Assembly (NCBI GenBank): GCA_903844645.1
Contig: CAIMUP010000013.1
Coordinates: forward strand, 1,428 to 65,427
Direction of reading: 5' to 3'
DNA length: 64,000 nt
Origin: an uncultured Bacteroidota bacterium
GTDB taxonomy: Bacteria > Bacteroidota > Bacteroidia > AKYH767-A > JABDAW01
Below, one piece after another: positions 21,877 through 32,103 of this stretch. The first letter of the stretch is position 1. Each line of letters begins with the position of its first letter. A program made the position numbers and the translations under genes. Under the pieces are notes generated by a model. The model did no database searches. It saw nothing but the letters and a program-made list of their open reading frames with translations, and was not told the DNA's origin.

Positions 21877-22938
21877 TTAGTGTTTGATAAAATGCTTTTT
21901 CTTTTCAGGAATCAAGAGGGATAAAACGATACTTAAAGTAAGGATGGTACCGATAATTATTAATGAATCTTCGATGGTGAAACCATGTTCTTTGAGCCAA
22001 TCGTTGAAGATCATTTTTATACCGATGAAGACTAATAACACCGATAGTCCATGTTTGAAGAAATGAAATTTATGGATGATATTAATCAATAAAAAGAACA
22101 ATGACCTTAATCCAAGGATGGCAAAAATATTCGAGAAGAAAACGATGTAAGGGTCTTTGGTTACCGCGAAAATAGCGGGAATTGAATCTACTGCGAATAA
22201 AATATCGGTGAATTCTATTATTAATAATACAAGAAAAAGCGGGGTGATCAAATTCTTATGATTTATCTTTACGAAGAATTTATTGCCAACAAAATGTTCA
22301 TGAATGCTAAAATATTTAGAAGCAAATTTCACGACCGGATGGCTCTCTGTTTCTATTTTTTCTTCTTGGTTTCTATTAACGAACATTCTGATGCCGGTGA
22401 AGATTAAAAAGGCGGCGAAGAGATACAATATCCATTCAAATTTTGTTATTAAAAATGAACCGGTAAAGATGAATAGAAACCTAAATAATACCGCCCCTAT
22501 TATTCCCCAAAATAATACGCGATGATACAAACGTTTTTCGACATTAAATGCTGTAAAAATAAGGATGATAACAAAGAGATTATCCATAGACAGTGCCTCT
22601 TCTATGACATAGCCTGTGAGGAATTCCAAAGATAATTCATGACGATAATTGATTACGCTTTGGGTGTAATTATTCTCGATTAAAGCGATCGTTTGTCCGT
22701 ATTTATTAATGTGGAATTTGAGACTCTCCATCGAAGAAATGCCGTGAATATTTTCTCCATAAAAATGAAGAATTAAATAGAAGGCAAAAGCCAAAGAAAT
22801 CCAAACAATGGTTTTCAGTAAAGCTTGTTTAGATCTGACGATATGGTCATGTTTATTGAATACTCCTAAATCAATTATCAGCGCAATGACGATAAAGATC
22901 AGGAAGAAAGAAAAATAGTATAATTCGCCGGAATTCAT
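21877..22938 (-). CDS. TerC-family integral membrane protein
   Basis: Hallmark motif EEALSMDNLFVI and multiple TM segments. Confidence 0.8.
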   Translation of the reverse strand: MNSGELYYFSFFLIFIVIALIIDLGVFNKHDHIVRSKQALLKTIVWISLAFAFYLILHFYGENIHGISSMESLKFHINKYGQTIALIENNYTQSVINYRHELSLEFLTGYVIEEALSMDNLFVIILIFTAFNVEKRLYHRVLFWGIIGAVLFRFLFIFTGSFLITKFEWILYLFAAFLIFTGIRMFVNRNQEEKIETESHPVVKFASKYFSIHEHFVGNKFFVKINHKNLITPLFLVLLIIEFTDILFAVDSIPAIFAVTKDPYIVFFSNIFAILGLRSLFFLLINIIHKFHFFKHGLSVLLVFIGIKMIFNDWLKEHGFTIEDSLIIIGTILTLSIVLSLLIPEKKKHFIKH

Positions 22939-22964
22939 GGCGGCAAAGTTATATTAATGGGAGG

Positions 22965-23366
22965 TTATATTCTTTTTGCAAAAAGGTATCCGATAAAGGC
23001 ACAGGGGATGTACAAAAGTTGGCTTGTAATATTGAACCACATTGGCTGATCGGGCAATGAAATGAGATTCATTAATCCTCCAAAAAATATCACTGCTCCT
23101 ACGATTATTGCGGAACGTGCACTCTCTTTTCCGGCTATTAAAGTTGCGACAAATCCTCCCGCAAAACTTCCGATAATATACCCAAAAAGAATAAAAAGAT
23201 ATGCACCAACGGGCATTCCTTTCATCATTTCTTTGACCGATTCGGGGTTCAAAAAATCCATTCTGGCAGGGGCGGGATAAATTTTCCCGCTGATTTTTTC
23301 CATCAAGGCAATTAATCCGATTGCTATTGCCAAACCTATTATTACAGCTAAAATTCTTTTTGCCAT
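22965..23366 (-). CDS. small membrane protein, hypothetical
   Basis: 133 aa with 3 to 4 TM segments. Confidence 0.4.
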   Translation of the reverse strand: MAKRILAVIIGLAIAIGLIALMEKISGKIYPAPARMDFLNPESVKEMMKGMPVGAYLFILFGYIIGSFAGGFVATLIAGKESARSAIIVGAVIFFGGLMNLISLPDQPMWFNITSQLLYIPCAFIGYLFAKRI

Positions 23367-23846
23367 GATTGTTTTATTTTATTCGATTAAAATTTGTTTT
23401 AGGAGGGGCAAAGGTATAAAAAGGGAGGTTTAGGTTTAAATCAGGGTTAATTTCCTTGTTAATTTTCCATTCCCCAAGGTTATCAATAGATGAAAATGGC
23501 TCCAAAACTTGCCCAAAAGCAATAGCAATAGTGCTAATTAGCAAAGTCACAAAACAAGACCGTTTTGCCATTTAGCATTAATACTCTTGTTTTCGGCAGG
23601 ATTTTTAACCTGAATTACATTAAAACAATGCTTGAAAAGGGTGTCGAAAGCAGACGTAAAACTTTCATTAATGAATCAAACAAGCACTCGACAGACAATT
23701 TTATGGTTTTAATTACAGTGAAACCACTCCTTATATTCAGGGCGCATTTTAGGATGGCGAAAATTTGCAGGCAACAGTTTTATAATTTTCAGAAATTAGG
23801 GTTTAATAGAATTCCTTGGAATATTTTTAGTTACGATAAATTTGTG

Positions 23847-23854
23847 TAGATTTG
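23847..23854 (+). promoter_or_regulatory. Bacteroidota sigma-A -7 element TAGATTTG upstream of gyrA
   Basis: Matches the TAnnTTTG consensus, 47 bp upstream of the gyrA ATG. Confidence 0.5.
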
Positions 23855-23900
23855 CAGCCTTAATAAAAGCAAACGATTTAAAAGATAAATAACAGATATA

Positions 23901-26477
23901 ATGGCAGAAAGAGATAGAATAATTCCGATAAATATTGAGGAAGAAATGAAATCGGCGTACATTGATTATTCAATGTCGGTGATCGTATCGAGGGCTTTAC
24001 CGGATGTAAGGGACGGGCTGAAACCGGTGCACAGACGGGTGTTGTATGGGATGCTCGAGTTGGGAGTGTTGTCTAATCGTCCTTATAAAAAATCCGCGAG
24101 AATCGTGGGTGAGGTGCTTGGAAAATACCATCCGCATGGCGATACTTCGGTGTATGATGCGATGGTGAGGATGGCGCAGCATTGGTCGTTGCGGTATCCC
24201 TTGGTTGATGGGCAGGGAAACTTTGGGTCGGTGGATGGCGATAGTCCGGCGGCGATGCGATATACCGAGGCGAGGCTGAAAAAGATTGCGGAGGAATTGT
24301 TGTTGGATATTGATAAGGATACGGTTGATTTCCGGTTGAACTTCGATGATTCTTTGAAAGAGCCGACGGTTTTGCCTGCGAAGATTCCGAATTTGTTGAT
24401 TAATGGAGCCTCGGGAATTGCTGTGGGAATGGCGACGAATATGCCGCCGCATAATATTACGGAGGTGATTAATGCGTGTATTATTTATATTGATAAACGC
24501 GATGTGACGGCAGAGGAACTGGCGATGTTTGTGAAGGCTCCAGACTTCCCGACGGGCGGAATTATTCATGGCGTGGAAGGTGTGAAGGAGGCGTTTACTA
24601 CTGGTCGTGGGCGGATTGTGATGCGTGGAAAGGTGAATGTTGAAGTGATGGATAATGGTCGCGATAGAATTGTGGCGACGGAGATTCCTTATCAATTGAA
24701 TAAGGCTTCGATGATTAAACAAACTGCCGATCTGGTGAACGATAAAAAGATTGATGGGATCTCTGATCTTCGCGATGAATCGGATAGGGACGGGATGCGA
24801 GTGGTTTATGAATTGCGCAAGGACGCGGTGACGAACGTGGTGCTGAATAGTCTGTATAAATATACGGGCTTGCAGACTTCGTACAGTGTGAATAATATTG
24901 CGCTGGTGCATGGTCGCCCGATGATGCTGAACTTGCGGGATATGATTAAGCATTACATTGATCATCGTCATGAAGTGGTGATTCGGAGGACTAAATTTGA
25001 ATTGGCGGAGGCAGAAAAGCGGGCACATATTCTTGAAGGTTTGTTGATTGCTTTAGATCATTTGGATGAGGTAATTAAATTGATTCGTGCATCGCAAACT
25101 GTTGAAGAAGCGAGGACGGGATTGATGACGAACTTTGAATTATCAGAGATTCAGGCACGTGCTATTCTTGATTTGAGATTACAGAAACTGACCGGGCTGG
25201 AGCGTGAAAAGATTAAGGCTGAATATGATGAGTTGATGACCTTTATTGCTTATTGCAAGAGTGTTTTGGCAGATGAAGGATTGCGTTATGATATCATCAA
25301 AAAGGAGTTGAATGAAATGAAGGATAAGTATGGCGATGCCCGCCGTACTGCTATTGAATTTTCGAGTGGCGATATGTCTATGGAAGATTTGATTCCTGAT
25401 GAGGCGGTTGTTGTTACGATTTCTCACATGGGATATATCAAACGGACTTCTCTTTCTGAATATAAAGTTCAGGGACGTGGCGGAAAAGGTGCTAAAGGAA
25501 CCACTACTCGTGATGAGGATTTCGTAGAATATATTATCCCGGCTACTGCGCATAATTATATGCTCTTCTTCACCGAGCAAGGAAAGTGTTTCTCGATGCG
25601 TGTATTTGAAATACCAGAAGGTAGTAGAACGATGAAAGGACGTGCCATTCAGAATATGATTAATATTCCTCCTGATGATAAGATTAAAGCATTTATCACC
25701 GTAAAGAACATGAAGGATGAGGAGTATATCAAGAACAATTATATCATCATGTGTACCAAGAAAGGTGTTATCAAAAAGACAAGGTTGGATCAATATGCCA
25801 AGCCACGTAAGACTGGGCTATTAGCTATAAAGATTAAGGAAGGAGATCAATTGTTAGAGGCTCATTTAACAGATGGTAATTGCGAGATTATGATGGCTGT
25901 GAAGTCGGGTCGTGCAAATCATTTCCATGAGTCTAAGATTAAACCCCAGGGAAGGAATACCGGTGGCGTAATAGGCATCAGAACGAAGAGAGATAAAGAT
26001 GAAGTTATCGGAATGATAGTCCTTAATAAGAGCGAAGGTGAAACCGTGTTGGTAGTATCAGAGAAAGGCTGCGGTAAGCGTTCTAATCCTGAATTTTATC
26101 CATTGAAAAACCGCGGGGGACAGGGTGTTATCACTTTAAAGATTACCGACAAGACTGGCAAGCTCATCGCTATCAAGAAAGTATCTGATAACGACGACTT
26201 GATGATCATCAATAAGTCCGGTTTGGTCATTCGTTTGGATGTGAAGGATGTGAAGTTGCTATCAAGAAATTCATCTGGCGTTATTCTTATTCGTTTTAAG
26301 GACAAGGATAAAGATAAGATTGCTTCCGTTACCAGTGTGCCGCATTTGGATGATGAAGAAGAGGTAGTTGATGGCATCGAAAACAGCATTACCGATGATG
26401 CCGCGAACGATTCCAATGCCCATGACATTCAGGAGAATAGTGCTACGGACGATGTGTTACCTCCCGACTTTGAATAA
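23901..26477 (+). CDS. gyrA: DNA gyrase subunit A
   Basis: N-terminal motifs [27 protein letters not shown] and active-site YHPHGD. C-terminal beta-pinwheel repeats and an acidic tail. Confidence 0.97.
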   Translation: MAERDRIIPINIEEEMKSAYIDYSMSVIVSRALPDVRDGLKPVHRRVLYGMLELGVLSNRPYKKSARIVGEVLGKYHPHGDTSVYDAMVRMAQHWSLRYPLVDGQGNFGSVDGDSPAAMRYTEARLKKIAEELLLDIDKDTVDFRLNFDDSLKEPTVLPAKIPNLLINGASGIAVGMATNMPPHNITEVINACIIYIDKRDVTAEELAMFVKAPDFPTGGIIHGVEGVKEAFTTGRGRIVMRGKVNVEVMDNGRDRIVATEIPYQLNKASMIKQTADLVNDKKIDGISDLRDESDRDGMRVVYELRKDAVTNVVLNSLYKYTGLQTSYSVNNIALVHGRPMMLNLRDMIKHYIDHRHEVVIRRTKFELAEAEKRAHILEGLLIALDHLDEVIKLIRASQTVEEARTGLMTNFELSEIQARAILDLRLQKLTGLEREKIKAEYDELMTFIAYCKSVLADEGLRYDIIKKELNEMKDKYGDARRTAIEFSSGDMSMEDLIPDEAVVVTISHMGYIKRTSLSEYKVQGRGGKGAKGTTTRDEDFVEYIIPATAHNYMLFFTEQGKCFSMRVFEIPEGSRTMKGRAIQNMINIPPDDKIKAFITVKNMKDEEYIKNNYIIMCTKKGVIKKTRLDQYAKPRKTGLLAIKIKEGDQLLEAHLTDGNCEIMMAVKSGRANHFHESKIKPQGRNTGGVIGIRTKRDKDEVIGMIVLNKSEGETVLVVSEKGCGKRSNPEFYPLKNRGGQGVITLKITDKTGKLIAIKKVSDNDDLMIINKSGLVIRLDVKDVKLLSRNSSGVILIRFKDKDKDKIASVTSVPHLDDEEEVVDGIENSITDDAANDSNAHDIQENSATDDVLPPDFE

Positions 26478-26507
26478 GTTTATTCGCTAACTAATAATAG
26501 TATAAGT

Positions 26508-27665
26508 ATGAAAAGAATTGTGTTTATTATTCTCATGGCATGCGGTTATTTTGCCGCCTATGCACAACCTTCCAATGTTCAGAGTGCTTGGAGGTATCTT
26601 GGTTACAAAGAATTCGACAAAGCAAAGGAGATGATTGATCCTGCCATTACTAATGACAAGACAAAGAACTCTTCCAAGACCTGGTATTACCGTGGTTTGA
26701 TTTATGAGGGTTTCTATGACACCATTAAGTATGATGTTGCCTCCTTGACTACTGCTGTGGAGAGTTATAAGAGGTCCTTGGAGCTTGATAAGAGTGATTA
26801 TGCCGATGAAATAAAGACCCGCTTTCTTATTATCAACATCGAATTCTTTCAGGCAGGTATGAAAATGTACGGAACTAAACGCTTCGATGTTGCGCTGAAG
26901 GCTTTTCAGGGCGTTATCTTGATCAATCCTACCGATTCAGGTGCGATGAAGAACGCGGCAATATGTGCCTGGAAGGGAAACAACAACGCACTCGCCAAAG
27001 AGTATTATGCGAAGCTTATTCAGATGAACTTCAACGATATTTCCATCTATTCTTCCCTCGGTTCCTTGTATTTGGAGGACAAAGACAGCACCAAATATTA
27101 CGAAACCATCAAGGCGGGGAGGACAAGATACCCTGCCAACACCGATTTCATGAACCTCGAGGTCGCGTATCTTATCGCGGCGAACAAATCTAATGATGCC
27201 ATCGAGGGTTTGAAAGCAATATTGAACAAAAACCCTAACGATACGACCATGTTATTCGCCTTGGCGAGCATTTACGACAAGCTCTCGGTGGATTACAGCA
27301 AGAAGGGCGACATGAACGAGTTCCAAAAGAACTTTTCATTAGCCGAAGAGACTTATAAAAAGGCTATCGAGGTGAAGCCGGATTACTTCAAAGCGAACTT
27401 CAACCTCGGCGCACTCTATATCAATATCGCGGTGGATATGATTAACAAAGCGAACGACATTCCTACTGATAAAAACAAGGAATATGAAGCCGCGAAAGCT
27501 AAATACGAAGTCATTTTGCGCCAGGCAAAGCCTTATTTCGAGAAGGCATTAGACTTGCAGCCTAAAGATGAAGGTACATTGACCGCACTACGTCAACTTT
27601 ATGCTCATTTGAACATGACGGACAAGGCGCAGGAGATGAAAAAGCGCCTCGAAGGTAACAAATAA
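26508..27665 (+). CDS. secreted TPR-repeat protein
   Basis: Signal peptide present. TPR-like helical repeats run throughout. Confidence 0.65.
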   Translation: MKRIVFIILMACGYFAAYAQPSNVQSAWRYLGYKEFDKAKEMIDPAITNDKTKNSSKTWYYRGLIYEGFYDTIKYDVASLTTAVESYKRSLELDKSDYADEIKTRFLIINIEFFQAGMKMYGTKRFDVALKAFQGVILINPTDSGAMKNAAICAWKGNNNALAKEYYAKLIQMNFNDISIYSSLGSLYLEDKDSTKYYETIKAGRTRYPANTDFMNLEVAYLIAANKSNDAIEGLKAILNKNPNDTTMLFALASIYDKLSVDYSKKGDMNEFQKNFSLAEETYKKAIEVKPDYFKANFNLGALYINIAVDMINKANDIPTDKNKEYEAAKAKYEVILRQAKPYFEKALDLQPKDEGTLTALRQLYAHLNMTDKAQEMKKRLEGNK

Positions 27666-27688
27666 AGCTTAAACATTCGTGCATTCAG

Positions 27689-27714
27689 AACAAACAACCT
27701 GGATGTTTGTTTAA
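27689..27714. terminator. bidirectional hairpin terminator between convergent genes
   Basis: AACAAACA-acctgga-TGTTTGTT perfect 8-bp stem. Confidence 0.5.
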
Positions 27715-27935
27715 TGAGCAGTATTGTCATTAGCAGGTGCTGACCCGCCGGCAGATTGAATACCCCAGCCGTTTTGTTCGGTACCAATCATGATATAATT
27801 ATCCCCGCTGGCATTGTCGGTAAAGGTAACGGTTTCCGTGCCATCAGGGGCGATGGTAGCAGATTGGATAATGATGTTTTTTCCACTCGTGTGCACTCCT
27901 ATTGATAGGAGAATTGCAAGGATAATTTCTAACAT
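27711..27935 (-). CDS. small secreted protein, hypothetical (start taken at the internal MLEIILAILL)
   Basis: Signal-peptide-like N-terminus. About 75 aa. Confidence 0.3.
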   Translation of the reverse strand: MLEIILAILLSIGVHTSGKNIIIQSATIAPDGTETVTFTDNASGDNYIMIGTEQNGWGIQSAGGSAPANDNTAH

Positions 27936-28052
27936 AGCTTGTAGTTTATAGTAATTTTTTACAAAAATAGGGATTGTTTTTACACTATCCAAATTTATTT
28001 CAAAAAATGTTTCACTAATCCGCTTCGTCGTATTGTTGCGCCGCGAAAGCGG

Positions 28053-28646
28053 ATGCATTCATACGACGATGATGGTATTAAATACGACCATCCATACCAT
28101 TCTCTGAAAGAGTATCTTTGCATCCTTAATAATAATAAAGGTATGAAGATAAATTTTATATTGGATGGGTTCGATTTTGATGATACCCACCAGGCTCATC
28201 AGGTGTTTGAGAATATTGGGCAAGAGATGGGGAGGGTAATTACCGATAAATTGCGCCATTTGGTGGGCTTTCAGGATGAGCATGGTCAGTTTGGCGGCAC
28301 GATAGAGATTCATGCGAGCATTCATGGTCCTGATTTGAACAAAGCAGATACCGCCCAATATAATAAGGAGTACGATTACTATTTTGATGTTCAGGATGCA
28401 GACCATATTGTGGTCGTTCCGAAGAAAAAAGGTGGTACCAATCCTGATAATATTACCAAAACGGAGAAGACTTATCTGCAAGAAATGATTGATGGTACTT
28501 CCAATAAAATTATTGCTGATGATCATGACAAAAATATAGAAACGGTGAAGTCAAACAAGAAAAGTATTCGATTTAAGACTAAATGCAAGACTCCGGGGGA
28601 CTTGAAAAAATACGTTGATAAACATAAACTCTTATTAAAAGAATAA
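28053..28646 (+). CDS. hypothetical protein (alternative start MKINF at 28143)
   Basis: ORF with no recognisable domain, rich in charged residues. Confidence 0.4.
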   Translation: MHSYDDDGIKYDHPYHSLKEYLCILNNNKGMKINFILDGFDFDDTHQAHQVFENIGQEMGRVITDKLRHLVGFQDEHGQFGGTIEIHASIHGPDLNKADTAQYNKEYDYYFDVQDADHIVVVPKKKGGTNPDNITKTEKTYLQEMIDGTSNKIIADDHDKNIETVKSNKKSIRFKTKCKTPGDLKKYVDKHKLLLKE

Positions 28647-28855
28647 TTCACCCTTTTGAGGGATTGTTTTAGGAACTAATACCTTGTAATTTTGCATCCT
28701 TAATTACAAACAATGGATCATTACAATCACATAGCGAATACAACGGATAGCAATCACGACAGAGGCAATGCTTCTGGAAGGTTTTTCAATGGTGGCGGTA
28801 GTGATATGGATACAAATTGTAGTTTAAACATATGCCAAAAAAACTCAAACATATC

Positions 28856-29095
28856 TTTTAGTAACAATAAGATACCTTTTAGTAACAATAAGATACCTTT
28901 TAGTAACAATAAGATACCTTTTAGTAACAATAAGATACCTTTTAGTAACATAAAGATATGTTTTAGTAACAAAAAGATACCTTTTAGTAACAAAAAGATA
29001 CCTTTTAGTAACAAAAAGATACCTTTTAGTAACAAAAAGATATGTTTTAGTAACAAAAAGATACCTTTTAGTAACAATAAGATATGTTTTAGTTT
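28856..29095. repeat. 21-bp tandem repeat array D, about 11.5 copies, unit TTTTAGTAACAATAAGATACC
   Basis: Units at 28856, 28877 and onward through 29066. Variants are AACAAAAAG and GATATG. Confidence 0.95.
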
Positions 29096-29205
29096 TTCTC
29101 ACCATAGTAAAAGCAATAGTTGCTATGGTGATGGGTCTTTTCAGAATGCCCACCCCTCTCCCTTGTATTCAAAACCAAGTAGTAACATAATAAAATAACA
29201 ATAAA

Positions 29206-29973
29206 ATGAGTCTATTAAAATTAGTATTAGTAAAAATTTCTATCTTCATGATCATCACGAAGGCTTCCATCATGAGGCAGTACCTTTTAGATTGTGTCAG
29301 TGCGGGTTCTGCCTCCACTTTGTATGCCAATCCGGCTATTACCACTGCCTTTTATACCTCGATGACGAATGCTGCGGCTGCCATTCAGACAGCGGTAACA
29401 GTTTGTGCGGCGAACAACACGAAGGCAAACAGGGATGCCATTAAAGATGCTATCGCAGCAGGAAAAGTGGTCGCGGCAAGCTATGCTTCGCAAGTTCAGG
29501 TGATTGCCAATCTCCCTATTAATGCCGCTACCCGCGAGGCAGCAAAGACAAATATTGAACAATCGCATCTGACGGCACAAAAATTAAATCAAACAACCAT
29601 AGGAATACCCGAAACCCCTGTATTAACGGGCGAAAATAACGGCATCGGCAAGATAAAAGTAAAGGTTACCAATCCTGGCGTATCGTATGACCCTAAAACT
29701 ATTATTTTTGTTGCTGTTTCCCTGCCCATAGTGCCTGTAACGGTGCCGCCAACACCTCCTCCGGCTGACCCCGTAGTTACGCTCATAGCAGGACAAGTGA
29801 TGGTAAAGACTTCCGTGGCATGCGAAGTGATAACCATCACCCAGGATGGCAAAGGAAGAGAGGTAGATTTGGTTGGATTGACTGCCGGCACTCGCTTTTC
29901 CATCTCTGCCTACACAAAAAATGGCAATAAATTGGTGAGCGTATTGTCGAACGCTATTATCGTACAGGCATAA
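29206..29973 (+). CDS. hypothetical protein (YANP..AF.T motif; Pro-rich PVTVPPTPPPADPVV segment)
   Basis: 255-aa ORF directly downstream of array D. Confidence 0.5.
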   Translation: MSLLKLVLVKISIFMIITKASIMRQYLLDCVSAGSASTLYANPAITTAFYTSMTNAAAAIQTAVTVCAANNTKANRDAIKDAIAAGKVVAASYASQVQVIANLPINAATREAAKTNIEQSHLTAQKLNQTTIGIPETPVLTGENNGIGKIKVKVTNPGVSYDPKTIIFVAVSLPIVPVTVPPTPPPADPVVTLIAGQVMVKTSVACEVITITQDGKGREVDLVGLTAGTRFSISAYTKNGNKLVSVLSNAIIVQA

Positions 29974-30004
29974 AAGGCGGAAAAGGATACTTTCAGGAAA
30001 TTTT

Positions 30005-30012
30005 GTATCTTT
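30005..30012 (+). promoter_or_regulatory. -7 element TATCTTTG upstream of the antitoxin gene
   Basis: Matches TAnnTTTG, 33 bp upstream of the ATG. Confidence 0.45.
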
Positions 30013-30044
30013 GCCACGAATAAATTGATACTAAAGCTGCCGCA

Positions 30045-30272
30045 ATGAGAAAAATAACCTTAGAGTTACCTGATTCTGTTGAATTAAATGACCAAGAAGT
30101 GGCATTATTAGTAGCCGCAAGTTTCTATGAACATGGAAAACTTTCATTAGGACAAGCCGCCGAACTGGTAGGTCTATCCAAACGGGCTTTTATGGAAGTA
30201 TTGGGCAAGTATGGAGTATCTATATTTAATTATCCTGCCTCCGACCTGTCGAGAGATGTAAAGAATGCATAA
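30045..30272 (+). CDS. UPF0175-family antitoxin
   Basis: 75 aa. The pattern LELPDSVELNDQE...LSLGQAAELVGLSKRAFMEVL is typical of UPF0175. Its 3' end overlaps the downstream PIN-like gene by 8 bp. Confidence 0.7.
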   Translation: MRKITLELPDSVELNDQEVALLVAASFYEHGKLSLGQAAELVGLSKRAFMEVLGKYGVSIFNYPASDLSRDVKNA

Positions 30273-30720
30273 AACAATAGTCTCGGACACGAGTTGTTTT
30301 ATCATCTTTACTAATATTGGGGAATTAGATTTGCTATTTCAGACTTATGGGCAGATAATTACTACCAAAGAAGTCGCTTTAGAATACGGCGAAGAGCTTC
30401 CTGATTGGGTAATTATCAAAGAAGCTAATGATAAAGACTTTCAACATAACCTGGAGAAGAAAATTGATAAAGGAGAAGCCAGTGCCATTGCCTTAGCAAT
30501 AGAAATTATGGATTGTACCATCATTCTTGATGATTATAAAGCCCGGCAAGTGGCAGAACAATTGGGTCTTGATATCACAGGAACGATAGGTGTTATCATT
30601 AAAGCAAAATTAAATGGAATAATACCTTCTATTATACCCTATCTGGATAAAATTAGTAAGACAGATTTCAGAATAACGGATGAACTTAAAGAACAAGCCC
30701 TCACAGAAGCTGGAGAATGA
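30265..30720 (+). CDS. DUF3368-family PIN-like toxin
   Basis: 151 aa. N-terminal IVSDTSCFI has the PIN-like acidic residue. The pairing with UPF0175 is a known type II toxin-antitoxin arrangement. Confidence 0.7.
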   Translation: MHKTIVSDTSCFIIFTNIGELDLLFQTYGQIITTKEVALEYGEELPDWVIIKEANDKDFQHNLEKKIDKGEASAIALAIEIMDCTIILDDYKARQVAEQLGLDITGTIGVIIKAKLNGIIPSIIPYLDKISKTDFRITDELKEQALTEAGE

Positions 30721-30737
30721 TAGTACAAAAGAATAAG

Positions 30738-30745
30738 TATCTTTG
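30738..30745 (+). promoter_or_regulatory. -7 element TATCTTTG upstream of ffh
   Basis: Matches TAnnTTTG, 24 bp upstream of the ATG. Confidence 0.45.
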
Positions 30746-30768
30746 CGCCCTCATAAAATGAACTAACT

Positions 30769-32100
30769 ATGTTTGATAATCTAAGTGATAAGCTCGAAAG
30801 AGCATTCAAAGTCCTGAAAGGGCATGGTAAAATCAGCGAATTAAATGTCGCCGAAACCACCAAAGAGATACGGAAAGCATTGCTCGATGCCGATGTTAAT
30901 TATAAAGTAGCCAAAACCTTCACCGACACGGTTAAAGAGAAGGCATTAGGACAGAATGTGCTCACTTCCCTGACTCCCGGGCAGCTGTTAATCAAGATAA
31001 CTCACGATGAACTTGCCAATCTAATGGGCGGCGAGATGCAAGAGATCAATATGAAGGGTAGCCCTACGGTTATCCTGATGTCGGGCTTGCAAGGAAGTGG
31101 TAAAACGACGCTCTCCGGTAAGCTCGCGTACTATTTAAAGAACAAAAAAGGCAAAAGCCCTATGATGGTCGCCTGCGATGTCTATCGTCCTGCCGCTATC
31201 ACCCAATTAACCGTGCTGGGAGAACAAATAGGCGTCCCTGTTTACTCTGAATTAGAGAATAAAAACCCTGTAGACATCGCCAGGAATGGTATCAAAGCCG
31301 CGAAAGATAAAGGCTGCAACGTAGTCATCATTGATACCGCCGGTCGCCTCGCTGTTGATGAACAAATGATGGCAGAAATCGTCGCCATTAAGTATGCTAT
31401 CAACCCCAGCGAAATACTTTTTGTCGTAGATGCGATGACCGGGCAAGATGCAGTGAATACGGCTAAAACATTCAATGATAGATTAGACTTCGACGGTGTC
31501 ATCTTAACCAAATTAGATGGTGATACTCGCGGCGGAGCAGCCTTATCTATCAAAACCGTAGTGAATAAACCCATCAAGTTCGTCGGAACTGGCGAAAAGA
31601 TGGATGCACTCGAGCCGTTCTATCCCGCGCGGATGGCAGACAGGATACTCGGCATGGGAGATATTGTATCGTTGGTCGAACGTGTGCAAGATCAGATCAG
31701 CGAAGAGGAAGCCGATGCCATGACGAAGAAGATGATGAAGGGAGAACTAACCTTTGCCGACATGCTTTCGCAGATAAATCAGGTAATGAAGATGGGGAAT
31801 ATCAAAGAACTGGCATCCATGCTGCCCGGCGTAGGCAAACAGTTGAAGAATGTGGATATTAGTAATGAAAAGTTTAAGCCTGTTATCGCCATCATACAAT
31901 CCATGACTCCCGATGAACGCAATTGCAAGGTGAAGTTAGACACACGCCGCAAAAGCAGGATAGCAAAGGGCAGCGGCACCACTCCCACCCAAATGAATGA
32001 TTTGATAGCATCCCTCGACAATGCTAAAAAGCAAGCCAAGATGATGACCTCCCCTCAAAACATGAGGAACATGGAGAACATGATGAATAGGAAAAGGTAA
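30769..32100 (+). CDS. ffh: signal recognition particle protein
   Basis: N/G domains with GLQGSGKTT and DTAGR motifs. Met-rich M domain at the C-terminus. Confidence 0.95.
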   Translation: MFDNLSDKLERAFKVLKGHGKISELNVAETTKEIRKALLDADVNYKVAKTFTDTVKEKALGQNVLTSLTPGQLLIKITHDELANLMGGEMQEINMKGSPTVILMSGLQGSGKTTLSGKLAYYLKNKKGKSPMMVACDVYRPAAITQLTVLGEQIGVPVYSELENKNPVDIARNGIKAAKDKGCNVVIIDTAGRLAVDEQMMAEIVAIKYAINPSEILFVVDAMTGQDAVNTAKTFNDRLDFDGVILTKLDGDTRGGAALSIKTVVNKPIKFVGTGEKMDALEPFYPARMADRILGMGDIVSLVERVQDQISEEEADAMTKKMMKGELTFADMLSQINQVMKMGNIKELASMLPGVGKQLKNVDISNEKFKPVIAIIQSMTPDERNCKVKLDTRRKSRIAKGSGTTPTQMNDLIASLDNAKKQAKMMTSPQNMRNMENMMNRKR

Positions 32101-32103
32101 TTC

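Noticed and set aside
23997-25028. 343-aa His/Arg-rich minus-strand ORF inside gyrA. Similar antisense ORFs are 25179..25793, 47744..48739, 56936..57529, 36935..37327 and 32710..33129.
   Set aside because: These run antisense to strongly supported genes. Their composition is skewed by the complementary codon usage. They are spurious.
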